In this document: positions 28,869 through 37,245 of the stretch, in pieces
Numbering within the stretch: position 1 is the first letter of the stretch
Layout: each line of letters starts with the position of its first letter
Assembly: GCA_035389585.1 (NCBI GenBank)
Contig: DAOOSC010000002.1
Span: forward strand, 1 to 62,158
Length of the DNA stretch: 62,158 nt
DNA from: Candidatus Magasanikiibacteriota bacterium
Lineage (GTDB): Bacteria > Patescibacteriota > Patescibacteriia > Magasanikbacterales > UBA922
Direction of reading: 5' to 3'
The notes under the pieces: generated by a model
What the model was told of the DNA's origin: nothing
Databases searched by the model: none
Seen by the model: the letters and a program-made list of their open reading frames with translations, nothing else
Program-made: the position numbers and the translations under genes

Positions 28869-30002
28869 ATGACCCCGAGACATCAAGAAACAAATTATGC
28901 GGATTTACGACCAGCTCGTTTTTATCGAGCGGTGGCGATTGCTTTCCTTATCATTACCATAATTTTGCTTTGCTCGATTTTTTTCATGTCATCCAAGCAG
29001 GCGACGATTACGATTACTAGCAAATTAGAGCCGGTAGATATCAATACGAGTTTGCTTGTAGGGGTGGGGTCGGAATTTCCTGGCGCTGTTGTCACCACCA
29101 CAGTCACTTCAAACAAGAAATTTTCACCGAGTGGCAGTCGAGTGGAGGTCGGTGTGGCGATGGGGCAAGTGACCCTCTATAATGATTCCTCCATAGAGCA
29201 GGCTCTCATACCTACCACTCGTCTCCTCACGGCTAGTGGGACTCTGTATCGTCTCAAGGGGCGTGTCACTATTCCAGCCAATGGGACTGCGATTACGGAT
29301 GTGTATGCGGATGTTTCAGGTGCGGGGAGCGAGATTGGTCCTTCGGACTTTACTATCCCTGGTTTGCCGAAAGATAAACAAAAAGTTATCTACGCGCGCA
29401 GTTTTGAAACAATGCGTGGGGGAGAGAGGAAAGTCGGTATTTTGGCGGAAGCAGACGTGAAAAAAGCGGAAGAAGAATTACTGGCAGATTTGAAAACGAA
29501 AGGTCAGGAAGAAATTCAGAAGAAATTTCCAGATTATAAAGGGGTGTTCAGTGTCATCCAGTCGGTGGTGGACGCAGACACTGAAGTTGGTAAAGAAGTT
29601 TCAGAATTTACAATGAATGGTCGGGCGACCATAATTGGCGTTCTCTATGATGAGACAAAAATAAAAGGTAAGGTGGACGCTGATTTGCAAAAACATGTGG
29701 TCAGTGATAGTGAGATTATCAAGCCTCGTTCAGAAAATCCGGCGGTAGTTCTCGAGAAATATGATCTCGTCGCTGGTACAGCTAGTCTCACTGTGAGTTA
29801 TAGCGGATTAGTTTCGCTAAATCCAGATTCCAAACAACTCGAGAAATCAGTGTTTTTCGGAAAAAGTAATGATGAAATTAGGCGGTATCTACTTGCGTTG
29901 GATCATGTTTTCGGGGTAGATGTGAAGTTTTCACCAGTGTGGGTGAGGACAGTGCCACATGTACCAGATCATGTTTTCGTAATTGTGAAGACAGTGGAAT
30001 AG
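28869..30002 (+). CDS. hypothetical N-terminally anchored protein
   Basis: ATG at 28869, in frame with the ORF opening at 28821. One TM (AIAFLIITIILLCSIFFM) followed by a beta-rich soluble region. Confidence 0.6.
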   Translation: MTPRHQETNYADLRPARFYRAVAIAFLIITIILLCSIFFMSSKQATITITSKLEPVDINTSLLVGVGSEFPGAVVTTTVTSNKKFSPSGSRVEVGVAMGQVTLYNDSSIEQALIPTTRLLTASGTLYRLKGRVTIPANGTAITDVYADVSGAGSEIGPSDFTIPGLPKDKQKVIYARSFETMRGGERKVGILAEADVKKAEEELLADLKTKGQEEIQKKFPDYKGVFSVIQSVVDADTEVGKEVSEFTMNGRATIIGVLYDETKIKGKVDADLQKHVVSDSEIIKPRSENPAVVLEKYDLVAGTASLTVSYSGLVSLNPDSKQLEKSVFFGKSNDEIRRYLLALDHVFGVDVKFSPVWVRTVPHVPDHVFVIVKTVE

Positions 30003-30034
30003 GTGTCAGGATTTAGTTGGTTTTTCTGTTCATC

Positions 30035-30062
30035 TTGACAAAAATATTGGGTGAAGTATAAT
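30035..30062 (+). promoter_or_regulatory. consensus sigma70 promoter of the thrS leader
   Basis: ttgaca (30035-30040), 16 nt, tataat (30057-30062). Confidence 0.65.
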
Positions 30063-30068
30063 TAGGAT

Positions 30069-30342
30069 ATTGCACGATGATAAAAGTCAGCCCAGCAAAC
30101 ATTATCGACAGGGAGGGGGAGCCGTGATTGAGAGTTCCCCTCGAAGCAGTGTTGCATGGTACCGCTTTTGGACCCGAGAGGGATCGACCATGAGGTCGAT
30201 GTGCAGAGATATAGAAAGTAAAAAGTTCGGGTGGAACCGTCCTTCGCTCCTTCGGAGCTACGGACGGCAAGGCCGTCCTCGGGGGTTTGGTTGCAGATAC
30301 TAAATTACCGTGGATACTTGCTGTTCGTGAATAGGACCCCGG
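30069..30342 (+). promoter_or_regulatory. T-box-like riboswitch leader (putative tRNA-Thr sensing)
   Basis: T-box core GGGUGGAACCG at 30229-30239. Possible antiterminator: CGGG(30228-31)/CCCG(30338-41) plus GUCC(30239-42)/GGAC(30334-37) around the bulge UGGAACC. GAUGA at 30076-80, AGAG at 30131-34. ACC codons at 30172-74 and 30187-89. Located directly upstream of thrS. Confidence 0.55.
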
Positions 30343-30365
30343 CGCCAATTGTTTGGCGTTTTTTG
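30343..30365 (+). terminator. intrinsic terminator at the 3' end of the thrS leader
   Basis: Hairpin cgccaa-ttgt-ttggcg followed by T6, 26 nt before the thrS ATG. Confidence 0.7.
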
Positions 30366-30390
30366 TTTAATAAATAACTAATTTTGTTTT

Positions 30391-32178
30391 ATGGAAAACA
30401 ATCTCGAAGTAATGCGCCACTCCTGTGCTCATCTGGTAGCGGCGGCCGTGGCGGAGCTATACCCGGGTGCGAAATTTGGGGTGGGTCCGGTAGTCGAAAA
30501 TGGGTTTTATTATGACATCGATTTTCCGCAAAATATTACGGAAGAAGACCTGAAGAACATTGAAGATAAAGCTCACGAATTGTCCGGAAAAGGGCTTAAT
30601 TTCGTTCGTCGGGAAATGGATATTGCGACCGCAATTACTTATTTTTCTGAACGCAAACAGGATTATAAAGTTGCCCTTTTGCAGGATATTCAGACCAAAG
30701 GAACAACGAAAATGAACGCGGAGGAAATTCAAGATGTGGGTACGGATACAAAAAATGTCTCAGTGTATGAGACGGGTGATTTCGTCGACCTCTGTCGTGG
30801 TCCACATGTTGCCTCGAGTAAAGATGTGGGTGTTTTCAAATTGGTTAAACTAGCCGGAGCATATTGGCGCGGAGACGCAAACAATAAACAATTACAGAGA
30901 ATTTATGGAATTTGTTTCGAGACGCAAGGCGAATTAGACAGTTATTTGAATTTATTGGAAGAAGCCAAAAAACGCGATCACCGGAAATTGGGGGTTGAAT
31001 TAGATTTATTCACTTTTTCCGATTTGGTGGGCCCCGGACTTGCTCTCTGGACACCGCGTGGTACGCTCTTGCGTAATGTCTTGGATGATTATGTTTGGGA
31101 TTTGCGTAGAGAGCGGGGTTATGAGCGGGTGACAATTCCACATATCACCAAAAAAGCGTTGTATGAGACCAGTGGGCATTGGCAGAAATTCGCGGAGGAG
31201 CTGTTTCATATCACGACGCGCGAAGGTCATGAATTTGCTATGAAACCGATGAATTGTCCGCATCATACGCAGATATATAATCATATTTCGAGGAGCTATC
31301 GCGAATTACCGCAGAGATATGCTGAGACTACAATGGTTTATCGCGATGAGCAGTCGGGCGAGTTGTCGGGGCTTTCTCGTGTACGGTGTATTACTCAGGA
31401 CGATGCGCATGTGTTTTTGCGTGAGGTTCAGGTAAAAGAAGAAATGTTCAAGATTTGGGATATTATCGAGATTTTTTACCGAGCCACTGGATTTAGTTCT
31501 CTGAAAGTTCGTCTGTCTTTACATGATCCGGATCATTTCGAAAAGTATTTGGGGACAAAAGATGTCTGGGAAAAGACAGAAAATCAGTTGCGAGAATTGG
31601 CGAAGGAGAGGGGCGCGGAATATTTCGAAGCCAAAGGTGAGGCGGCGATGTATGGACCGAAAGTTGATTTCATGGCCACAGATTCCCTTGGTCGAGAATG
31701 GCAGGTGGCTACAGTACAGATTGATCGCAATTTGCCAGAGAGGTTTGATTTGACTTGTGTAAATGAGAAGGGTGAAAAAGAAAGAATTGTCATGTTGCAC
31801 GCGGCAATTATGGGCTCGATTGAACGGTTTTTGTCAATTTTAATTGAACACCATGCCGGCGCTTTTCCGATTTGGATGTCACCGACGCAAGTGATGCTCA
31901 CGGCGGTCTCTGCGAAGCATGTAGAAGGCGCCCGTCAGATTGCGGCTGAGTTGGCTGGGGCTGGGGTTCGTGTGGAAGTAGATGATGCAGATGAGACTTT
32001 GGGTAACAAAATTCGCAAGTCAGCTGGTCGCAAGATTCCCTATGTCATCGTCGTGGGTGATAAAGAGCTGGCGGGTGGGGATTGGATGATCCGTGTGCGT
32101 GGCGAAAAAGACCAGATAAAGATGACAAAAAACGAATTTATCGCCAAACTAAAATTGGAAATTGCTGAAAAAAAATAA
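30391..32178 (+). CDS. thrS: threonine--tRNA ligase (no N-terminal TGS domain)
   Basis: Starts in the editing domain (RHSCAHLVAAA). Class II core (FRDEQSGELSGLSRVR.., MLHAAIMGSIERF). Anticodon-binding C-terminus. 595 aa. Confidence 0.94.
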   Translation: MENNLEVMRHSCAHLVAAAVAELYPGAKFGVGPVVENGFYYDIDFPQNITEEDLKNIEDKAHELSGKGLNFVRREMDIATAITYFSERKQDYKVALLQDIQTKGTTKMNAEEIQDVGTDTKNVSVYETGDFVDLCRGPHVASSKDVGVFKLVKLAGAYWRGDANNKQLQRIYGICFETQGELDSYLNLLEEAKKRDHRKLGVELDLFTFSDLVGPGLALWTPRGTLLRNVLDDYVWDLRRERGYERVTIPHITKKALYETSGHWQKFAEELFHITTREGHEFAMKPMNCPHHTQIYNHISRSYRELPQRYAETTMVYRDEQSGELSGLSRVRCITQDDAHVFLREVQVKEEMFKIWDIIEIFYRATGFSSLKVRLSLHDPDHFEKYLGTKDVWEKTENQLRELAKERGAEYFEAKGEAAMYGPKVDFMATDSLGREWQVATVQIDRNLPERFDLTCVNEKGEKERIVMLHAAIMGSIERFLSILIEHHAGAFPIWMSPTQVMLTAVSAKHVEGARQIAAELAGAGVRVEVDDADETLGNKIRKSAGRKIPYVIVVGDKELAGGDWMIRVRGEKDQIKMTKNEFIAKLKLEIAEKK

Positions 32179-32183
32179 GCAAC

Positions 32184-32214
32184 AAAAAAACAGTGGATTG
32201 TCCACTGTTTTTTG
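32184..32214. terminator. bidirectional terminator between thrS and the convergent coiled-coil gene
   Basis: A-run, hairpin acagtgga-ttg-tccactgt, then T-run. Confidence 0.75.
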
Positions 32215-32221
32215 TATATTT

Positions 32222-34297
32222 TTAGATTAAATCTTTTGAGGCGCGGACTACTTCTAGATATTTATCTTCGTAAGCTTGGAGTGTCTTGGCATCTTCTTGG
32301 TCCTTTGGTTTTTTGGATTCGGATAATCTTTTGATCATTTTGGTCAGCGATTCTGGTTTCGGGTCAATAATTGTGAGCCCGTCAGTCACTTCTTCCATCA
32401 AGATTACTTCACCAGGCTTAGTCATTTCAGGAGTTCTGCCATCGAAAATAAACTTATTTTGGAATGCTCCAAAAATACCGCCAAATTTAATTTTTTCTAC
32501 CCCAGCTTTCATTTGGATTAATTCATTGCGAAGTTTCCCAACAGTTTCCCAAGCTTTTTCTTCTTTTGATTGTGCCCTTTCTCTCTTGGGGGCTTCGGCA
32601 CGATTGGTTCCTTTGGTGTATTTATTTTTTGCGTTGTCAAAACCATCTTTTATTTTTTCACCGAGTCCGCTTTTTTGAAATTTATCGAGGGTTTCTTTGT
32701 CCGTATTATCGTACCAGTCTTCGAGATCGTCTTCGACAATCCCGCCCTTTGGAGTAGTATCCATTGTCCGAGTCTCTCCTCTGGTTCGTGTTGTGGCGGT
32801 ACTTCCAGTCGTGAAGCGGTGAGCGGGGGTGCCATATTCAGGTTTTTTTGATGGGTTTTTGATTTCTGTTAAGACTTTGTAGAAATCCATACCATCTCGT
32901 TCTTCCTGATCCTTGGTCTTCGCTAGGTCTTCATAGATTTTCCGAATTTCCCCTCTTTTTTCTCTGGGGAAAATTGCCAGAGCTCTGTTTATTTTCTGAC
33001 TAAGTTCGACTTGGTCGAGCACGTGGAGGTCAGCCTCGTCTCCAGCCGGTTTTTGGTCAAGTGTGAGCTTTTCTTGGAATAGACGCAGTAGTTCAATATC
33101 CTGGCCAGTTTCTCGTTTTTTCTGGGTTTCTTTTTCTAGACGTTCTTTTTCCTTGATTCGAGCTTGGTCGATCTTGATATTTTCAAGTCGCTCTTTTTCT
33201 CGTTTTTCATTTTCTCGAGCCATCACTTCCGCTTGTTTTGCTCTTTCTTCGGTGCGTATTCCCATGACAGTATCTTGGACACGTTTTTCAATTTTGGCTT
33301 TTTCGGCAGGTGGAATACTGGCGTTTAATGCGGTCAATTCCTTATTTAGTGAGGATATCTGTTCCTGTAATTTCTTGTATTCAGGATTTCTAGCATCTTT
33401 GGATTTCAAGGGCATTTCGGTCATTGTTTTTAGGATGTTGCCCAACTCAAGTTTGATTTCAATTATTCTGTTAGTATTTTTTTCTAGAGCTTCTTTTGCG
33501 GCGGCATCTAGTTTTTGTTTTTCCTGTTGCTCTTGCTGTTGTTTATTTTTTTGCATTTCAGCTATTTTGTCCTGCACCTTCTTTTCGAAAGACTCCGTAT
33601 CAACTATAACAGGAGGCAAAAGATCTTTTTCTTCTTGGATTAAGCGTGAATTTTCTGCTTTTAATTGGGAGTATTCAGCATTTTTGGAATTTTTGGACCG
33701 TGGCGACATGGCAGTCAAGTCTTCGAGGATCTCTCTTCGTCGGAGTCTAATTTCTGCAATTCGGTCTATACTCGTATCAGAAACAGCGGTTTCTCGGAAT
33801 TCAGCCTCGGCGTAGCCTTTCCATTTTTCTAAAATTTTGTTGATAGTTTCTGTATCATGGGCGTCGACGTTGCGATGGATTTTTTCTCGATGAGCGATGT
33901 GGTTGAGTAGAGCTTGGAAATCACCACCTTCAATGGAGGCTTCTTCAACCATTGTGGAGTACTCGGCACGTAGGGTATCGAGGTTTTTTGCGTATGCCTC
34001 CATTTGGGCAAGCTTCTCTTCAAGTCCGCTTTCAGAAACCAGAGATGCCTCCTTCAATCTGGAGGTTAGTTTTTCAAGTTTTTTATCTAACTCAAGAATT
34101 CTATTTTCTAAAAGATGTGTGTTAAAAGAATTTTTATTTAATTTTTTTTCTATTGTTTGTTCTTCTTCTTTCGCAGGTTTTTGAGGAATCTCTCGTGTGG
34201 CTTCTGCTAAATCCTTGTCATCGAGTGGTTCTGGGAGTTTAAATTTTTTCGCTTCGGTGGGGTTTATTAACTGGGGGTTGTCATGACGGCTTGACAT
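32222..34297 (-). CDS. large Lys/Glu-rich coiled-coil protein, unknown function
   Basis: 691-aa ORF with no TM or signal peptide. Long heptad-like K/E/Q-rich stretches. Internal duplication of about 100 aa (RIAEIRLRRREILEDLTAMSPRSKNSKNAEYSQLK.. versus RIIEIKLELGNILKTMTEMPLKSKDARNPEYKKLQ..). Confidence 0.7.
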   Translation of the reverse strand: MSSRHDNPQLINPTEAKKFKLPEPLDDKDLAEATREIPQKPAKEEEQTIEKKLNKNSFNTHLLENRILELDKKLEKLTSRLKEASLVSESGLEEKLAQMEAYAKNLDTLRAEYSTMVEEASIEGGDFQALLNHIAHREKIHRNVDAHDTETINKILEKWKGYAEAEFRETAVSDTSIDRIAEIRLRRREILEDLTAMSPRSKNSKNAEYSQLKAENSRLIQEEKDLLPPVIVDTESFEKKVQDKIAEMQKNKQQQEQQEKQKLDAAAKEALEKNTNRIIEIKLELGNILKTMTEMPLKSKDARNPEYKKLQEQISSLNKELTALNASIPPAEKAKIEKRVQDTVMGIRTEERAKQAEVMARENEKREKERLENIKIDQARIKEKERLEKETQKKRETGQDIELLRLFQEKLTLDQKPAGDEADLHVLDQVELSQKINRALAIFPREKRGEIRKIYEDLAKTKDQEERDGMDFYKVLTEIKNPSKKPEYGTPAHRFTTGSTATTRTRGETRTMDTTPKGGIVEDDLEDWYDNTDKETLDKFQKSGLGEKIKDGFDNAKNKYTKGTNRAEAPKRERAQSKEEKAWETVGKLRNELIQMKAGVEKIKFGGIFGAFQNKFIFDGRTPEMTKPGEVILMEEVTDGLTIIDPKPESLTKMIKRLSESKKPKDQEDAKTLQAYEDKYLEVVRASKDLI

Positions 34298-34382
34298 ATT
34301 TTTTTGGATTAATTTGATTTTAATTGATGGTATTTTAGCACGTTATGCGAATTAAGTTAATTTTTTTATACACAGGTGGCAG

Positions 34383-34411
34383 TTGACATGGTCAATTTAT
34401 TACTATATAAT
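34383..34411 (+). promoter_or_regulatory. consensus sigma70 promoter of cassette B
   Basis: ttgaca (34383-34388), 17 nt, tataat (34406-34411). Confidence 0.6.
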
Positions 34412-34448
34412 CGAATGTCAGTGTTCTTTGTATTATGGGGGTGTATTC

Positions 34449-34838
34449 ATGAGAAATGGTATGTTGAACGGTATCAGTTTAGGTGAGTATTTGTTTATTC
34501 CGAGGATTTGGCGCTTTATGCCGGGTTATCGGATAGTCCACTATACACATGAGCCGGGTGAACCCGGACACTTGCTTTTGGTGATTATCTGGGGCTATGG
34601 TGATAGTCCGAAGCAGGAGTTGAAAACCATCGAAAAAGGGTTTCCGATTCAGATCAGAATCGGGCATCAGCGGTTGAAGGTAGTTCGTTCAGTGTTTGAG
34701 TACCGTCGTCGGAATGACGGGGTGGAGTTCTTGGAGGCGCGCATCAATGTGCAAGCCATTGAAAAACACAAAAGAGAAATTCCAGAGGAGGGTCGTGTGA
34801 TCAGTTTCGAGGAGGCGATCAATTCGCTGGCAAGGTAG
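34449..34838 (+). CDS. orphan hypothetical protein (cassette B)
   Basis: 129 aa from the ATG at 34449 (G-rich SD-like ggggg upstream). The ORF-track TTG start at 34383 is the -35 box itself. No recognisable domain. Confidence 0.6.
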   Translation: MRNGMLNGISLGEYLFIPRIWRFMPGYRIVHYTHEPGEPGHLLLVIIWGYGDSPKQELKTIEKGFPIQIRIGHQRLKVVRSVFEYRRRNDGVEFLEARINVQAIEKHKREIPEEGRVISFEEAINSLAR

Positions 34839-34841
34839 TCT

Positions 34842-34866
34842 GGCGTCGAGTAGACGCCTTTTTTTA
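34842..34866 (+). terminator. intrinsic terminator after cassette B
   Basis: Hairpin ggcgtc-gagta-gacgcc followed by T7. Confidence 0.75.
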
Positions 34867-34877
34867 TTATTTAATTA

Positions 34878-34907
34878 TTGACAAGTTGGGGTAATTATAT
34901 ATATAAT
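34878..34907 (+). promoter_or_regulatory. sigma70 promoter of cassette C
   Basis: ttgaca (34878-34883), 17-18 nt, tataat (34902-34907). Confidence 0.55.
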
Positions 34908-34942
34908 CATTTGGTTCGATGATCATTCAAAAGGAGAGGTAA

Positions 34943-35806
34943 ATGGAACAATCAGATAAGTTATTCCTCGGTGTGGATTTTTCTTTGGAAGACCGTCGTT
35001 TGTTGCCAGAACGAATTGGAAATGTCGCAACCGAATTTGGGGATGGGGAAATCAGGGATTTGTATATTTTACACGCTCGACGGGTGTGTGATAAGCGTCT
35101 CATCGCTAGGATTCTATTTTCGTCGGAGATTTGTGAATATGCGTCTGAATGTGATCAAGATACTTGCGGGAAAGAATGTTGTGTCACACTCCTACGAGAA
35201 TCTTTCAGACAGATTTCTTTTGCGCGCACTAATACCCATGATGTTGGTTTGCGTTTTCTAAAGATGGAATTGAAGGGTCGGCCAACTGGTGATGGTTGGG
35301 TGCGAGTGACTTCCAAAACAGAAAGGAAGGATCGGCGCTATGTTTGGCTTACAGTGGTTTGGCAGGTCATTTCCCAAAATTCGCTCCCCTCGAGAGTTTG
35401 TGGACGTTTAAAAATGAGGAAAGACTTTGTTGATTTGAAAAATGAAGTCGCCAGTATTCTCCTCAAACACGGTATTGACTACTGGACTTTGTGGTGTGAT
35501 CTCAAGGATGTGGATTCCGAGAGGGGGTTTCCTCTATTTGGGAAAGATGGGGATATTATATTTCTCGTTTGTGTAGGGGAGAGAAGTCGAAGCATCCCCG
35601 CACCTCTTCGGGGGGAACTACTTGGTTTGAAACAGGTGATTTGGAAGGGGCATCGGTTAGATGTGAGTTTGCAGTGTCTCCACGCCTGTACACAAGTACC
35701 TGATCCGATATTTACGGCTATTTCCGCCAATCGTTGTATTGAAATGAAAAAATCTTATGGGTGGATTAAAATTGCCTATAAGCCGATGAAAATCCATTCG
35801 GATTAG
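34943..35806 (+). CDS. orphan hypothetical Cys-rich protein (cassette C)
   Basis: 287 aa. SD aaggagagg before the ATG. Cys cluster CEYASECDQDTCGKECC. No recognisable domain. Confidence 0.65.
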   Translation: MEQSDKLFLGVDFSLEDRRLLPERIGNVATEFGDGEIRDLYILHARRVCDKRLIARILFSSEICEYASECDQDTCGKECCVTLLRESFRQISFARTNTHDVGLRFLKMELKGRPTGDGWVRVTSKTERKDRRYVWLTVVWQVISQNSLPSRVCGRLKMRKDFVDLKNEVASILLKHGIDYWTLWCDLKDVDSERGFPLFGKDGDIIFLVCVGERSRSIPAPLRGELLGLKQVIWKGHRLDVSLQCLHACTQVPDPIFTAISANRCIEMKKSYGWIKIAYKPMKIHSD

Positions 35807-35816
35807 TTCGTTTCTT

Positions 35817-35841
35817 AGGTGCCCAGTGGCACCTTTTTTTA
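35817..35841 (+). terminator. intrinsic terminator after cassette C
   Basis: Hairpin aggtgcc-cagt-ggcacct followed by T7. Confidence 0.75.
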
Positions 35842-35902
35842 TCTCAAATTAGCCAAATATGATACTTGATTTTTCTGACGATTATGATATAATCACCATC
35901 GT

Positions 35903-37237
35903 ATGATAGATGGAGTTTATCAATACAATATCACTACTTTTGGTTGCCAGATGAATAAAAATGATTCAGAGAGAATGGCGGCTGTTTTGGAATTGGCTGG
36001 GTTCGCACCTGTGGATGATCCGCGGGCGGCAGATGTTCTGATTTTGAACACTTGCTCGGTGCGTGATTCGGCGGAGTCGCGTATTTTTGGCCGTGGACGA
36101 GATATAAATAAATGGCGAGCGAAGAATCCGAATTTAGTGGTGGCAATCACCGGTTGTCTGCCCGGTAGGGACCCGAAGGGAGAAGTGAAGAAAAAAATGC
36201 CGTGGGTTGACTTATATTTTCCAAATAGCGAGATGGTGCGTTTGCCGGCGATGATTGCCGAAATCAGGCCACAGATGATCAGACAAAAAAGTATTTTTCC
36301 GGATTCATATTTGTCAGTTATTCCGAAGTATTCAGAAAATTTCCGAGCCTTTGTGCCTGTGCAGACTGGGTGTAATCAGTTTTGTACTTATTGCGTAGTG
36401 CCATATTCCCGTGGACGAGAAAAAAATCGCCCGTTGGCTGAGATTCTCTCGGAGGTGCGTGCTCTCGCCGAGAAAGGTGTTCGAGAAGTTCATTTGCTCG
36501 GGGAAATTGTCAATCATTACACCGCGCCCGATCCGGAAAATTTTTCTGAGAACAATCTATTTCGAAAAAATGATTTTGCTCGCCTGCTTTTCGAGATAAA
36601 CAATATATCAGGCATAGAGAGAATTCACTACACCGCTCCGCATCCTCTGTATATGGATGAGGAGATGATTGCGGCGCTGGCTTTGCCGCATCACATGAAT
36701 TATTTACATTTGCCAGTTCAGTCGGGGAGTGATAAAATACTTGCCAAAATGAATCGTCGCCATACTCGAGCTGAATATTTGGATATAATAAAAAAAATCA
36801 GGCAAGTTCGTCCGGGTATAGCTATCGGCACCGATATTATTGTTGGTTTTTGTGGTGAGACAGAGGATGATTTCATGGACACGATTCGTCTCTACGAAGA
36901 ATGTGATTTCGATATTTCATATCCGGCACAATATTCTGTCCGGTCTGGCACGGCGGCGGCCAAAGTATTTGTGGATGATGTGTCGGAGGCAGAGAAGAAA
37001 ACGCGCTGGAATCGTTTGCAGGCGAAAATGGAAGAAATTACGGAGAAAAAAAATCGGGCATATTTGGGCAAAACAGTTTCCGTTCTGGTGGACAGGTGGG
37101 AAAACGGTGAATGTCTCGGGAATTCGAGTGAGATGAAATTGGTGGGTTTTGGGGGTGATTCGAAATATATTGGACAAATTGTTAGCGTCCGGATCGATTT
37201 CGCCGATAAGTGGATTTTGCGCGGAGAAATGATATAA
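35903..37237 (+). CDS. miaB: tRNA (i6A37) methylthiotransferase MiaB (radical SAM MTTase)
   Basis: N-terminal UPF0004 Cys triad (FGCQMN..NTCSVR..TGC). Radical SAM CNQFCTYC. C-terminal TRAM domain. Immediately followed by miaA. Confidence 0.85.
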   Translation: MIDGVYQYNITTFGCQMNKNDSERMAAVLELAGFAPVDDPRAADVLILNTCSVRDSAESRIFGRGRDINKWRAKNPNLVVAITGCLPGRDPKGEVKKKMPWVDLYFPNSEMVRLPAMIAEIRPQMIRQKSIFPDSYLSVIPKYSENFRAFVPVQTGCNQFCTYCVVPYSRGREKNRPLAEILSEVRALAEKGVREVHLLGEIVNHYTAPDPENFSENNLFRKNDFARLLFEINNISGIERIHYTAPHPLYMDEEMIAALALPHHMNYLHLPVQSGSDKILAKMNRRHTRAEYLDIIKKIRQVRPGIAIGTDIIVGFCGETEDDFMDTIRLYEECDFDISYPAQYSVRSGTAAAKVFVDDVSEAEKKTRWNRLQAKMEEITEKKNRAYLGKTVSVLVDRWENGECLGNSSEMKLVGFGGDSKYIGQIVSVRIDFADKWILRGEMI

Positions 37238-37245
37238 TTAATCAT

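Noticed and set aside
30063-30300. Considered RNase P RNA, SRP RNA, tmRNA or 6S RNA for the structured region upstream of thrS (gataaaagtcagccc vaguely resembles the P4 GAGGAAAGUCCGGGC).
   Set aside because: The other universally conserved RNase P blocks (GGUAAGGGUGAAAGGGUG, ACAGAACCCGGCUUA) are absent, as are the SRP GGAAGCAGCC motif and a tRNA-like tmRNA end. The position, promoter and the GGGUGGAACCG core fit a T-box leader better.
33063-33815. 250-aa plus-strand ORF rich in Ser, Phe and Cys.
   Set aside because: It is antisense to the Lys/Glu-rich coiled-coil gene. AAR/GAR codon repeats give TTY/TCY on the opposite strand, so this is a compositional artefact.
34383-34448. ORF-track start (TTG at 34383) for cassette B.
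   Set aside because: The TTG is part of the TTGACA -35 hexamer of a consensus promoter whose -10 is at 34406-34411. Transcription would start downstream of it, so the ATG at 34449 is used instead.
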